A stretch of 64,000 nt of DNA from Desulfatiglandales bacterium. Its GTDB lineage: Bacteria; Desulfobacterota; DSM-4660; Desulfatiglandales; Desulfatiglandaceae. Every line of letters starts with the position of its first letter. The stretch's first letter is position 1. The translations under genes and the position numbers were made by a program. The notes under the pieces are model-generated. The model was given only the letters and a program-made list of their open reading frames with translations. It did not search any database and was not told the DNA's origin. This document shows positions 27,520-37,131 of the stretch, one piece after another. The stretch is from the NCBI GenBank assembly GCA_963662465.1, contig OY759599.1:7904001-7968000 (forward strand), read 5' to 3'.

Positions 27520-28908
27520 TCACATTTTCGGCGGGACCCAGCCTCCCAGTTCTTTTTCCAGAAATCCGGCTACTTGCAGGGCTACATCCTCCCGCCAGGG
27601 ACGGGCCACTACCTGCACGCCCAGAGGCAGACCTTCGGGCGTTTGTCCCACCCGGACCACCGCCGCGGGCCAGCCGGTGAGGTTCCATGCGCAGGTGTAT
27701 GAAAAGCCGGGGAGTGCTTCGGCGCTCCCGCCATGGGGAAGCGCGGGATAGGGGTTGGGCGGGCAGATAATCACATCACAGGTCTCCATGAATGCCAGCA
27801 TGCGGCTGCGAAACATATCCAGCTGAAACAACAGACCGCAGTAGTCAGGGGTTGTCATGGGATTTGCCTGGGCCTGGGCCAGCAGTTCCTGAATGAAGGG
27901 ATGGGGTTCCTTCGTGCCATACATTTGAAGCAGCATCTGAATTCCAGCCCCCCCATCACCCATCATTAATCCCATAAACAATTGAAATGTCGCCTCGATG
28001 CCCTCCGGTCGGACCTCGGAAACGTGTGCGCCTGCCCCTTCCAGCGCTTTGGCCGCGGACGACACAGCATTTTGAACCACGGTGTCGGGGGTTAGAATGC
28101 CGTTATCCAGATGGAAAGTCACACGCAGTTTATCCAATTCAACGGCATCGGGATTTCCCAACGGCATGGGCACAATCGCCGGATCCCGCCAGTCCACGCC
28201 TGCGATCACGGGCAGAATCAGTTTTAAATCTTCCACATATCGCGCCATGGGCCCGATCTGGGTCAGCGCATCCATGGGACCGCCCGGGGGCAGAATATGC
28301 CCGGTTCTGGGTACTCGGCCCGATGTGGGCCGAAGGCCGGCAATGCCGCACCAGTGGGAAGGCAGGCGAATGCTGCCACCCGTATCGCTGCCGATTTCAA
28401 AGGGAACGCCTCCTGCAGCCACGATGGCGGCTGCCCCTCCGCTGCTGCCCCCGCTGGTTCGGGACAGATCGTAGGGATTGTTGGTGCGGCCATAAACCAG
28501 ATTGTCCGTTTCAAAGGCCAGGGTCAATTCCGGCGTGTTGGTTTTCCCCACCAGAATCGCCCCAGCATCCCGCAGTCGCGAGATCACCGTAGCATCCTGC
28601 GCCGGAACAAAATCTTTTCGGCCCAGCGTACCGCCCGTAGTAATAAAATCCGCGGTATCCAGGTTGTCCTTGATGGTCATGGGAACCCCATGCAGGCATC
28701 CCCGTATCTCTCCTTTGGCAAGTGCCTCATCCAGTTCTTTGGCCAAGGCCAGCGCCCGGTCTCCATCCATCTGTACCACGGCATTCAATTTGGGATTCAC
28801 CGCTTCGATCCGCTCCAGGCAGGCCCTGACCAGTTCAAAGGATGAAATGTCCCGGTTTCGCACGGCAGCAGCCAGCGATGTGGCGGACTGAAATATTTGT
28901 TTCGTCAT
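27520..28908 (-). CDS. Amidase-signature family enzyme
   Basis: GVPMTIKD, GKTNTPEL, GGSSGGAAA, GSDTGGSIRLPS. Confidence 0.95.
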   Translation of the reverse strand: MTKQIFQSATSLAAAVRNRDISSFELVRACLERIEAVNPKLNAVVQMDGDRALALAKELDEALAKGEIRGCLHGVPMTIKDNLDTADFITTGGTLGRKDFVPAQDATVISRLRDAGAILVGKTNTPELTLAFETDNLVYGRTNNPYDLSRTSGGSSGGAAAIVAAGGVPFEIGSDTGGSIRLPSHWCGIAGLRPTSGRVPRTGHILPPGGPMDALTQIGPMARYVEDLKLILPVIAGVDWRDPAIVPMPLGNPDAVELDKLRVTFHLDNGILTPDTVVQNAVSSAAKALEGAGAHVSEVRPEGIEATFQLFMGLMMGDGGAGIQMLLQMYGTKEPHPFIQELLAQAQANPMTTPDYCGLLFQLDMFRSRMLAFMETCDVIICPPNPYPALPHGGSAEALPGFSYTCAWNLTGWPAAVVRVGQTPEGLPLGVQVVARPWREDVALQVAGFLEKELGGWVPPKM

Positions 28909-28945
28909 GGGGTTCTCCTTTCTGTTTTTCCTTTTTCATTTTATC

Positions 28946-30850
28946 TCACTTCAACCCCGCTTGGTGAAGCGCGTTCAGAAAGCGGTCGTTATCCTCTTTT
29001 TTCTTATAGGACATGGCCTTTACATAATACTCCGCGGAGAATCCGGGATGGATTCGAAGGACTTCTTTGGCGGTTTTTCGTGCTTCTTCAATACGACCGG
29101 ACAAGCTGTATCCTTCGGTCAGGCCGATGAGGGCCAAGAGTTCGTTGGGGTTTACCTGAAGGATTTTTTTGTATATTTCTATGGCCTTATCATACTGCCC
29201 CAGAATATTGTAGGTCATGGCAAGGGTGATAAAGAATACCCCATCCGGTTTAGGATTCATTCGGAATGCCTTATTGATCCATTGAAGGCCCTCTTCCGGT
29301 TCACCCGCAAAGCTGTAAATACAGCCTAGCCATATATGGGCAGGATATGAATTGGGATCAACCGCCACTGCTTTTTTCCCCTCTGCGATGGCCTCGTCAA
29401 AACGTCGTTCCGTCATATAGACTTTGGCAAGTAACGAACGGCCATAGCCGGAAGACGCATTCAAAGAGATCGCCTTTTGCGCCAATTGGCTTGCCTGCGC
29501 CAAGGCCTTCTCCGGGGACGGCGTGAGGCCCAGCCATACGCCAAACATATTGATCCAACCCAGCATGGTGTACGGCGTTGAGTAATTTGGGTCCAAGGCA
29601 ATGGCTTCTTGAAATAAGGGTGCTGCCCGACGAACATCTCCTTTAGCGAAATATTCCATTCCCTCCGTGTATTTCTCAAACGCACTCAGGTTGTTGGTGT
29701 TGCCATGCCAGATAACCGCGCTTCCTCCACCCGTCAGCTCTACATTAAGCGTTTTCATAAGCTTCAGGGTGATTTCATCCTGGATGGCGAACATGTCCTT
29801 TATGTCCCGGTCGTACTTTTCGGCCCACAGATGTTTTCCGGTTGCAGCGTCAATCAATTGGGCCGTGATGCGCACCTTGTCGCCGGCTTTCTGAACGCTT
29901 CCCTCCAGTACATATTGAACGCCCAGTTCTTTGGCCACCTGCTGAATTTTTACCGGCTTTCCCTTGTAGGTGAACGAGGAGTTTCTGGCGATCACGAACA
30001 ACCCGGGATTCTTAGAGATGCCCGTAATGATGTTTTCGGTAAGCCCGTCGGCGAAAAACCCTAACTGTTTGTTTTCGCTCATATTGTCAAAGGGGAGTAC
30101 GGCTACGGAGGGTTTTTCGGACAACGCTGGGGGTGTTGCTTTGGATGGCGCCGTGGTGGTGGCTTTTTTGGATGCGGTTTCAACGGGAGTTGCGGCAGGG
30201 CGTAGATAGAAGTACCAAAAGGTTCCAGCCGCGAGTATCAGGGCAAGGATGATCGCTAAGGCTGTCCATGGCGGCTTCTTTTGGGTCACTACCGCTTTTT
30301 CTTTCACCTCTTCTCTATCCCCCGGTATCATGGGCACTTTGTAAACCCGAACCGGTTTGGCAATGTTTTTTACGGAATGCTCCCCAATAAAATTGTAGCC
30401 TAAGGCCAGCTTGTTCTCGATTTGATCATAGGCCGTTCCGGAAATACAGATGCCTCCGCCGTCTGCCAATCCCTCGATTCGGGCAGCAATGTTGACCCCG
30501 TCTCCATAGATCCGGTCTCCTTCCTGGATAATGTCTCCGAGGTTTACCCCGATACGGAAAATCATCCTGCGATTTTCCGGGAGGTCTTCGTTTTTGACTT
30601 TCAGGACATTCTGGATCTCCACGGCACACTGGACCGCATCGACGACGCTGGCGAACTCCGCCAGAACATTGTCCCCGGGGGCATCCACAACGCGTCCTTT
30701 GTATTGTTTTACGAGAGAAATTACAGTCTTTCGGTATTCGGTTATGGTTTTTACAGTCTCAATCTCGTTATCACCCATGAGTCGACTGTAACCTTGAACA
30801 TCGGCGCTGAGGATGGCTGAAAGTTTTCTTGTAACCTCATTGTTATTCAT
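28946..30850 (-). CDS. Class III adenylate/guanylate cyclase-TM-TolB-like-TPR protein
   Basis: LSAILSADVQGYSRLM, FRIGVNLGD..GDGVNIAAR, TM helix, PSVAVLPFDNMS, TPR repeats. Confidence 0.92.
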   Translation of the reverse strand: MNNNEVTRKLSAILSADVQGYSRLMGDNEIETVKTITEYRKTVISLVKQYKGRVVDAPGDNVLAEFASVVDAVQCAVEIQNVLKVKNEDLPENRRMIFRIGVNLGDIIQEGDRIYGDGVNIAARIEGLADGGGICISGTAYDQIENKLALGYNFIGEHSVKNIAKPVRVYKVPMIPGDREEVKEKAVVTQKKPPWTALAIILALILAAGTFWYFYLRPAATPVETASKKATTTAPSKATPPALSEKPSVAVLPFDNMSENKQLGFFADGLTENIITGISKNPGLFVIARNSSFTYKGKPVKIQQVAKELGVQYVLEGSVQKAGDKVRITAQLIDAATGKHLWAEKYDRDIKDMFAIQDEITLKLMKTLNVELTGGGSAVIWHGNTNNLSAFEKYTEGMEYFAKGDVRRAAPLFQEAIALDPNYSTPYTMLGWINMFGVWLGLTPSPEKALAQASQLAQKAISLNASSGYGRSLLAKVYMTERRFDEAIAEGKKAVAVDPNSYPAHIWLGCIYSFAGEPEEGLQWINKAFRMNPKPDGVFFITLAMTYNILGQYDKAIEIYKKILQVNPNELLALIGLTEGYSLSGRIEEARKTAKEVLRIHPGFSAEYYVKAMSYKKKEDNDRFLNALHQAGLK

Positions 30851-31311
30851 CGAATCATCTCCTTGAAAGCCTGGCATCAAATCATGCTTGAATTTTTGCG
30901 ACAACGTTTTCCAAAATACAAAATTAAGTTTTGTTGAATTGAAATGTAGCACAGAAAACACAAATCGAAGACATGAAATGAATATCACTAATCCTGTTTA
31001 AGTCAAGCAAATTATCAGGTTTTCGGTCTGGTAGGGTTTTTCCGCCCAAAATCGGAAAAGCCGGATCAAGTGGCATCAACAGTTTGGCACTGGCAAGGTT
31101 CTCCGATAAATTGATTGCCAGTTTGTCGGCCAGGTTGTCGGCCAGGTTGGCATTATGTGCCAACAGAGCATTAACTTCAACGAGCAGAATCGTTTTGAAA
31201 GTGTTTGAACGTTTCTCCGGTTGAGGCGGAAGATCAGTTTTTTGTTTCTATTGATTTAAAAATGGTATCTGCCCGCCACCATTTCAGGGTAAACGCTCAT
31301 GACAAGGGGAT

Positions 31312-31998
31312 TTGCCAGCCCTGCGGATGAAAATAACATCTACCGCTTTTAAGCTAACGGCTAACGGCTGTATTTTCATGGTAAAAGGGGTTCCGGGCAC
31401 CCGGGCAATCGTAAACGGCCCTTTTTTCATGGACAGATTCGAAGTGAGCAACCGGGAATACAAGGAGTTTGTAGATCTGGGGGGATACGGCGATCCCAGA
31501 TACTGGAAAGAAGAATTCAGGAAAGACGGTAAAGTGATACCGTGGGAGGAGGCTGTCAAGACCTTCGTGGACCGAACGGGCCGACCCGGACCCGCCGCGT
31601 GGGAAGGGGACGGGTATCCGAAAGGGCGGGATGATTACCCCGGCTCCGGTATGAGCTGGTATGAAGCTGCGGCCTATGCACGGTTTCGCAATAAGACCCT
31701 TCCCACACTGTACCATTGGGCTCGTGCCGCTTTCACCAGAGATGATTACACGACGCCCTTGACGCCGAGCCTCATTACTCAAAGCAATATCGAAAAAACG
31801 GCGGACCTGCGATTCTTCGATCCTTATACAATCCTTCCCAGATCCGAAGAATCCCTGGAAACCTTCAAGAAAATGTTTTCTTATGAAAAAGGGCCGCTCC
31901 ATCCCGTGGTGGAATCTCGAAAACCCGGGGGAAAAGAATGGGTTTGGGAGAAAGTGACCATCACCGCCGCCTATCCGGGCTTTCGCACTTTTAGATAA
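31312..31998 (+). pseudogene. FGE-sulfatase (SUMF1) domain gene remnant
   Basis: FFMDRFEVSN, SWYEAAAYARF..LPT present; C-terminal GNVxEW part absent; truncated at both ends. Confidence 0.65.
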
Positions 31999-32429
31999 AA
32001 TGAAAAAAAGAAAGTTTCCAATTTATCAAACAAATCCAATATTTTATATCAAAATGCTGTTTTTTTATAAAATAATAAATAATTGAAAATTTTAGTAAAA
32101 TTTTTCTGAAAGCAAATGTAATACCTGTAGAAATGCCCCCTTCAATATCATTATCGTCTTGACTATGCTCCTCATTTTTGGGTATCCTTAAATTATCTGC
32201 ATGGTGAGTTCATGTGATTATTTGATCATTTTTCTGTTGGTAATTGTTGCTATGGGAGTAAATATTATGAGGCTCGATAGATTTGGAGGCATCCATATGA
32301 AAATTCTCGCTAAGTTGGATGTAAATTACAAGTATTTGCTGGTAAAGAATGCTTCCCCCGATTGAAAAAAGTAAGGCGAGCGCGTAGTACCTGTATTTTT
32401 AAAGTCCTAAAATAACTAACCTTACCAGA

Positions 32430-32444
32430 TGGCAGGGATCATGC
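32430..32444 (+). promoter_or_regulatory. Sigma54 (-24/-12) promoter candidate
   Basis: TGGCAGGGATCATGC (GG-N10-GC), ~170 bp upstream of 32617, after an AT-rich tract. Confidence 0.35.
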
Positions 32445-32616
32445 GAGTTGTTCAAAAAACCCCTAGCTTAACGCGGGAAAACCTTTCCCGGTTTTTTAAC
32501 CGGTATTTCCTCACGCCGCGGGCGCCGCCTCCTTTGCGTTTCCCACCTTTCCATTTTTGGACAGAGCGTAAAGCGCATTTTCCGCAAAATTTTTAAATGA
32601 ACGTGAGGAGGCAGAC

Positions 32617-34299
32617 ATGAACAAGACAATCAAAATTAAACTTTTTACCCTGGCCCTGTTTGCGGCCTTTTTCTGTTTTTCCGCCGGCCACGCACTGGCA
32701 ACCTACCCGGCGCCCCAGTTCAAAACGTCAATGGTGTTTTCTTTTCTAAACGATGACGGAACTTCGGGAACCTTTTTCTTCGCAAGGGTCAGCGGTCCTT
32801 CGCCGGAGGACATTACCGCATTAACGGTGACCGGGCCTTCGGGAACATTCAATCTGGTTCCCGGACTTTCTTTTAAGGACCTCGGCATGATCTATTATTA
32901 TGCACAGGGTTTGGTGGTGGACGATGGCACTTACACCTTCAGTGTCACGGACAGTCAAGGCCGTACGGCCACAATAGATGACTCGTTTGCCTACATGGAT
33001 TCATTGCCCCAAGTGGATTCCACCACCATGAGTCCGGCCATGGGGTCGTATGTGGGGACCACCACGCCGACACTCAGCGCCTCTTCGGTCAGTGGCGATT
33101 ACCGCTATGAGATCATGGTGTGGGATATGGACGGAAGAGCCATGTGGTTCCATGGCACCAACCTCAGAAAACCTACCATCACCATTCCCTCGGGTGTACT
33201 TCTGCCCAACATGGCGTATCGCTGGGCGGTGCGTGTGTGGGACGTGGCGCGGGAGAATTATCACGAAAGCAAACCCTTGTATTTTTATACCGGCACCAAA
33301 GGGGATCCGGTATTAAATATGGCGGGTGTTTTATCCTATCCCTTGCCCACGGGTATCTCCAATGTGGCATATGGTCGCGGCATTAACACGGCGCCCTGGG
33401 ATATTGCGGCGTTTACGGTGACCGGCCAGGATGAGGCGGTCTACAATCTTGCCGCCACAAGGGCTGTCAGTTTTCAGATGCCGGCCTGGAACTATGCATT
33501 CGTGATGCAGAATCCCCCGGCCTCCATACCGGATGGCGCCTATGTATATACATTTACGGATAAATCCGGAAAAACCGCTACCACAAGCGTAAACTATACC
33601 TACAATGCCATTCCCGAGTTTTCAGCCGATGAGCGGGTACCGGAAAACAATGCCTACTTTGATACGCAGCGGCCCACCTTCAGCTGGGGCCGTGTATCGG
33701 GGGACCCCGGAGACGGCAGCTATCTTTACTCGGTACGCATTACCGATTATACAACCGGGATCAGGTGGTATGATTCCCCGCGAAGCCCCGTGACCTCTTA
33801 CACGCTTCCCAACGGGCTGAATCTGCCCAAAGGGAGTTCCTATAAATGGATGGTGACGGTCTATGACGCGGCCAACAACAACTACAGGGGAACGGATTAC
33901 CGCATCTTTACCATCAACGGCCCCACTTATCCGGTGTGCGACATTAAAGCCAATGGATCGGATGGTCCGATTGTGGTCTCCTCCTCGGAACAGGTTCTGA
34001 TCTCCATTGAGCTGGATCCCGGTGAGTATGTGGGGCAGAACGCGGACTGGTGGGTGAGTGCCTACACGCCCTTTGATCCCCCCGCCAACTGGTATTCCTA
34101 TGTCTATCCGGGTACCTGGAAACCGGGAATTTTCATGTTCGCCAACTGGCAACTCTTTTCACTGTTTCCTCCGGCCGATGTGTTGTATTTGAATCTGCCT
34201 GTGGGGATCTACACCTTCTTTTTCGCCGTTGATTATCCCGATGAAACGCCCATGGGACCGTGGCTGATGATGGATTCGGTGAAGGTTCAGGTGCAGTAG
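32617..34299 (+). CDS. Secreted protein with internally repeated Ig/FN3-like modules and a shared C-terminal domain
   Basis: Signal peptide (AGHALA/T); two similar halves (DG.Y.F..TD..G.TAT..Y.W.V.V.D); GAGGAGG RBS. Confidence 0.75.
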   Translation: MNKTIKIKLFTLALFAAFFCFSAGHALATYPAPQFKTSMVFSFLNDDGTSGTFFFARVSGPSPEDITALTVTGPSGTFNLVPGLSFKDLGMIYYYAQGLVVDDGTYTFSVTDSQGRTATIDDSFAYMDSLPQVDSTTMSPAMGSYVGTTTPTLSASSVSGDYRYEIMVWDMDGRAMWFHGTNLRKPTITIPSGVLLPNMAYRWAVRVWDVARENYHESKPLYFYTGTKGDPVLNMAGVLSYPLPTGISNVAYGRGINTAPWDIAAFTVTGQDEAVYNLAATRAVSFQMPAWNYAFVMQNPPASIPDGAYVYTFTDKSGKTATTSVNYTYNAIPEFSADERVPENNAYFDTQRPTFSWGRVSGDPGDGSYLYSVRITDYTTGIRWYDSPRSPVTSYTLPNGLNLPKGSSYKWMVTVYDAANNNYRGTDYRIFTINGPTYPVCDIKANGSDGPIVVSSSEQVLISIELDPGEYVGQNADWWVSAYTPFDPPANWYSYVYPGTWKPGIFMFANWQLFSLFPPADVLYLNLPVGIYTFFFAVDYPDETPMGPWLMMDSVKVQVQ

Positions 34300-34318
34300 G
34301 GTTTTAAGGTTTTAATAA

Positions 34319-34351
34319 AGGCATCCTTTTGTTCGTTTCAAAAGGATGCCT
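34319..34351 (+). terminator. Intergenic 13-bp perfect hairpin
   Basis: AGGCATCCTTTTG-7nt-CAAAAGGATGCCT followed by GACTGTTTTT. Confidence 0.5.
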
Positions 34352-34374
34352 GACTGTTTTTAAAGGAGGAAAAA

Positions 34375-35703
34375 ATGATTTGTTTAAGACGAATGTTTCT
34401 AGGCTGTATTTTTGCTGTCCTGATTATATTGGGTTGCGGTTCGGCCTGGGCTGCCTACGAAATTGGGCATACCAGCGTGACCTTTACCGATGCAGACCGG
34501 GGGGACCGGGCTGTACCGGCTGAAGTGTATTATCCGGCGGATGAAGCCGGTGAAAATGTTCCGGTTTCATCGGGATATTTTCCTTTGCTTGTGTTTTCAC
34601 ACGGCTGGCAAACACAAATTATGGCCCATAATCCGTACTGGAAGGGGTTGGTTCCCCAGGGATATGTGATGGCTTTTCCAACCACTTACCTGGGCAGTTC
34701 AGTCCCCATGGATGGTTATGCGGCGGATATTTCTTTTCTGTTGAAGGTTTTACTGGAAGACAGGTTAACTGATGATTCAATGTTTTTTGGGCATTTAACA
34801 GATTCGTCGGCTTTGATGGGATATTCCATGGGGGGCGGCGCTTCCTTTATCGCTCAGGACCTGAAGCCTTTGGCGCAAACCATTGTTGCGGTTGCGCCGG
34901 TGGGAACCGTAGCCGGATATGGGTATAGCATGTACGGCACCAACCCTGCGGATGCCGCCAGGGAGGTTACGGCGCCCGTGCTCATCATGGCCGGTGAGTC
35001 AGATTGTATTTGTCCGGTGATGCAGCATCAGACTCGGATTTATAATGCACTCCCATCACGCTTGAAAGCCATGGTGAATATCATGGACGGCAAGCACTGC
35101 GGGTTTTCCGACATTGTCTATAATTACGGTTGTCCTAGTGCCGAAAGCTCATACTGTCCCGGTTCCACGGGCATTCCCGTTGCGCTTCAGCTGGAGATTA
35201 CCCTGGAATATGTTCAGATGTGGTTGGATGCGATTTTAAAGCGACAAAACACAGCATGGAGCGATTTTGAGGCTTCAGCCACGAACGATACCCGCATTGT
35301 GTACGGGGTTTCCGATCCGACGGGACCCGTGTATCCCAGGTGTGACATCAAGGCCGATGGATCGGACGGGACGGTGACGGCTTCCTCCCAGACGCCCGTA
35401 ACCATTGCCATGAGCCTGAATGTGGGGGATTTTAAAGGCCTTGATGCCGACTGGTGGGTGGCGGTGAATACGCCTTTTACCGCTCCCGGCAACTGGTACA
35501 GCCTGGTTCAGGAGGCCGGATGGAAGACGGGTGTGAACGGCTATCTGCAAGGACCCCTTTCCGATATTTCAGACCCTGTGACGGTCTTGAACATGGCACT
35601 CCCCAAAGGAGCCTACACCTTTTATTTCGCCTTGGATAATCCGGACGGCCTCCCCACAGGTCCGTTTCTGGGTCTGGATGCGGTTTCGGTGGCGGTGGAG
35701 TAA
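34375..35703 (+). CDS. Secreted alpha/beta hydrolase (chlorophyllase/cutinase-like) with shared C-terminal domain
   Basis: Signal peptide (SAWA/A), FPLLVFSHG, GYSMGGG nucleophile, GESD, GKHCGF. Confidence 0.85.
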   Translation: MICLRRMFLGCIFAVLIILGCGSAWAAYEIGHTSVTFTDADRGDRAVPAEVYYPADEAGENVPVSSGYFPLLVFSHGWQTQIMAHNPYWKGLVPQGYVMAFPTTYLGSSVPMDGYAADISFLLKVLLEDRLTDDSMFFGHLTDSSALMGYSMGGGASFIAQDLKPLAQTIVAVAPVGTVAGYGYSMYGTNPADAAREVTAPVLIMAGESDCICPVMQHQTRIYNALPSRLKAMVNIMDGKHCGFSDIVYNYGCPSAESSYCPGSTGIPVALQLEITLEYVQMWLDAILKRQNTAWSDFEASATNDTRIVYGVSDPTGPVYPRCDIKADGSDGTVTASSQTPVTIAMSLNVGDFKGLDADWWVAVNTPFTAPGNWYSLVQEAGWKTGVNGYLQGPLSDISDPVTVLNMALPKGAYTFYFALDNPDGLPTGPFLGLDAVSVAVE

Positions 35704-35793
35704 CCTAACCGTTTTGTTTTCATGCAGGAGGAATAAAGGGGGTCATTATCCTCTTTTTCTTATAGCACATGGCCTTTACATAAAAAAAAGACT

Positions 35794-37131
35794 TTAGGGC
35801 CGGAGATTGTATTTTCTTATTTTTTTTCGGAGGGTGGGCCTTGTGATCTCCAGGATCTCACAGGCTTGACCCTGGTTCCAGCGGGTATGGGCCAGGGCCT
35901 TGATGATCTGTTCTTTCTCAACTTGGGAGAGGGACTTGATCCGGGCCGAATCCTTATTTTCGGGACGGCGGTCAAACAGGTCCGGAAGACAGTCAGGGAG
36001 TAGTACGGACCCTTTTGAGAGTACCACGGCACGGGTCAGCACGTTCTCCAGTTCCCTCACATTGCCGGGCCATTGGTAATGGATGAGCGCATCCATGACA
36101 TCCTTGGGAATCCGGGTGACCCGTTTATGGAGTTCCGTATTGATTTTGTTCAGTAAATGCTCAACGAGCGGTGGGATGTCCTCTTTTCTGCGGCGTAAGG
36201 GCGGTACATGAATTTCCACCACCTTGAGTCGAAAATAGAGGTCTTCTCGAAATTGTTTTTCTTCGAGCATGCGAGTCAGATCCCTGTTGGTGGCGGCGAT
36301 AATCCTGGCTTTTGACGTGAGCCTTTCTTCGCCTCCCACACGTTCAAATTCCCTTTCCTGTAAGAATCTCAGGAGCTTGACCTGTAAGGCCGAAGAAAGC
36401 TCTCCGATTTCATCCAGCAGGATAGTGCCATCCCTGGCCTGTTCGATCTTTCCTTTTTTTCGCGAGACGGCGCCCGTGAAAGCGCCTTTTTCATGGCCGA
36501 ACAACTCGCTTTCCAGCAATGTCTCCATCAGTGCGGAACAATTGATGGGGACAAACGGCGCGTTTCGAAAGCTGCTGTTGTAGTGAATGGCCTTGGCGAT
36601 CAATTCTTTTCCCGTGCCGCTTTCGCCTTGTATGAGGACCGTTGCCCGGTTGTCCGAGACCATTGCGATGGTCTTATAAATTTGCTGCATGGCCCGGCTT
36701 TTCCCGACGATATTGTCGGGCTTGTAGTCCCTTGAAATTTCCGTGATGAGTTCTTCCAACCGGTGGGTCAGATCGAGATTGTGGGCCACCTTGTCGACAA
36801 CGATCTCCAGTTCATCGGCATCGATCGGTTTTCGGATGTATTCATAAGCCCCTTTTTTCATGGCGGCAATGGTGGTTTCCATGTCATGGAATGCCGTCAT
36901 GATGATGACAGGGGTCTCTTTCCGTTTTTTCTTTAGCTGTTGAAGTACCTGGATGCCGTCCATTTCCGGCAGGCGGATATCGAGGATCACAAGGTCGGGC
37001 TGTTCCCGGTCAAATGCACGGATGGCGGACAATCCGTCTCCGGCGGTGACCACTTCATACCCTTTTCCGAGCATCACCATTTCCAGGGTCTCGCGAATGG
37101 GCTGTTCATCATCAACAATCAGGATTTTCAT
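35794..37131 (-). CDS. Sigma54-dependent response regulator (NtrC/AtoC family)
   Basis: REC domain, GESGTGKE, ESELFGHEKGAFTGA, WPGNVRELEN, Fis-type HTH. Confidence 0.95.
   Translation of the reverse strand: MKILIVDDEQPIRETLEMVMLGKGYEVVTAGDGLSAIRAFDREQPDLVILDIRLPEMDGIQVLQQLKKKRKETPVIIMTAFHDMETTIAAMKKGAYEYIRKPIDADELEIVVDKVAHNLDLTHRLEELITEISRDYKPDNIVGKSRAMQQIYKTIAMVSDNRATVLIQGESGTGKELIAKAIHYNSSFRNAPFVPINCSALMETLLESELFGHEKGAFTGAVSRKKGKIEQARDGTILLDEIGELSSALQVKLLRFLQEREFERVGGEERLTSKARIIAATNRDLTRMLEEKQFREDLYFRLKVVEIHVPPLRRRKEDIPPLVEHLLNKINTELHKRVTRIPKDVMDALIHYQWPGNVRELENVLTRAVVLSKGSVLLPDCLPDLFDRRPENKDSARIKSLSQVEKEQIIKALAHTRWNQGQACEILEITRPTLRKKIRKYNLRP

Noticed and set aside
31117..31152. Three imperfect 12-bp tandem units (GCCAGGTTGTCG)
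   Set aside because: Too short and spacerless for CRISPR; no supported gene context.
32455..32590. Structured-looking leader upstream of 32617
   Set aside because: No match to riboswitch consensus motifs that I can recognise.
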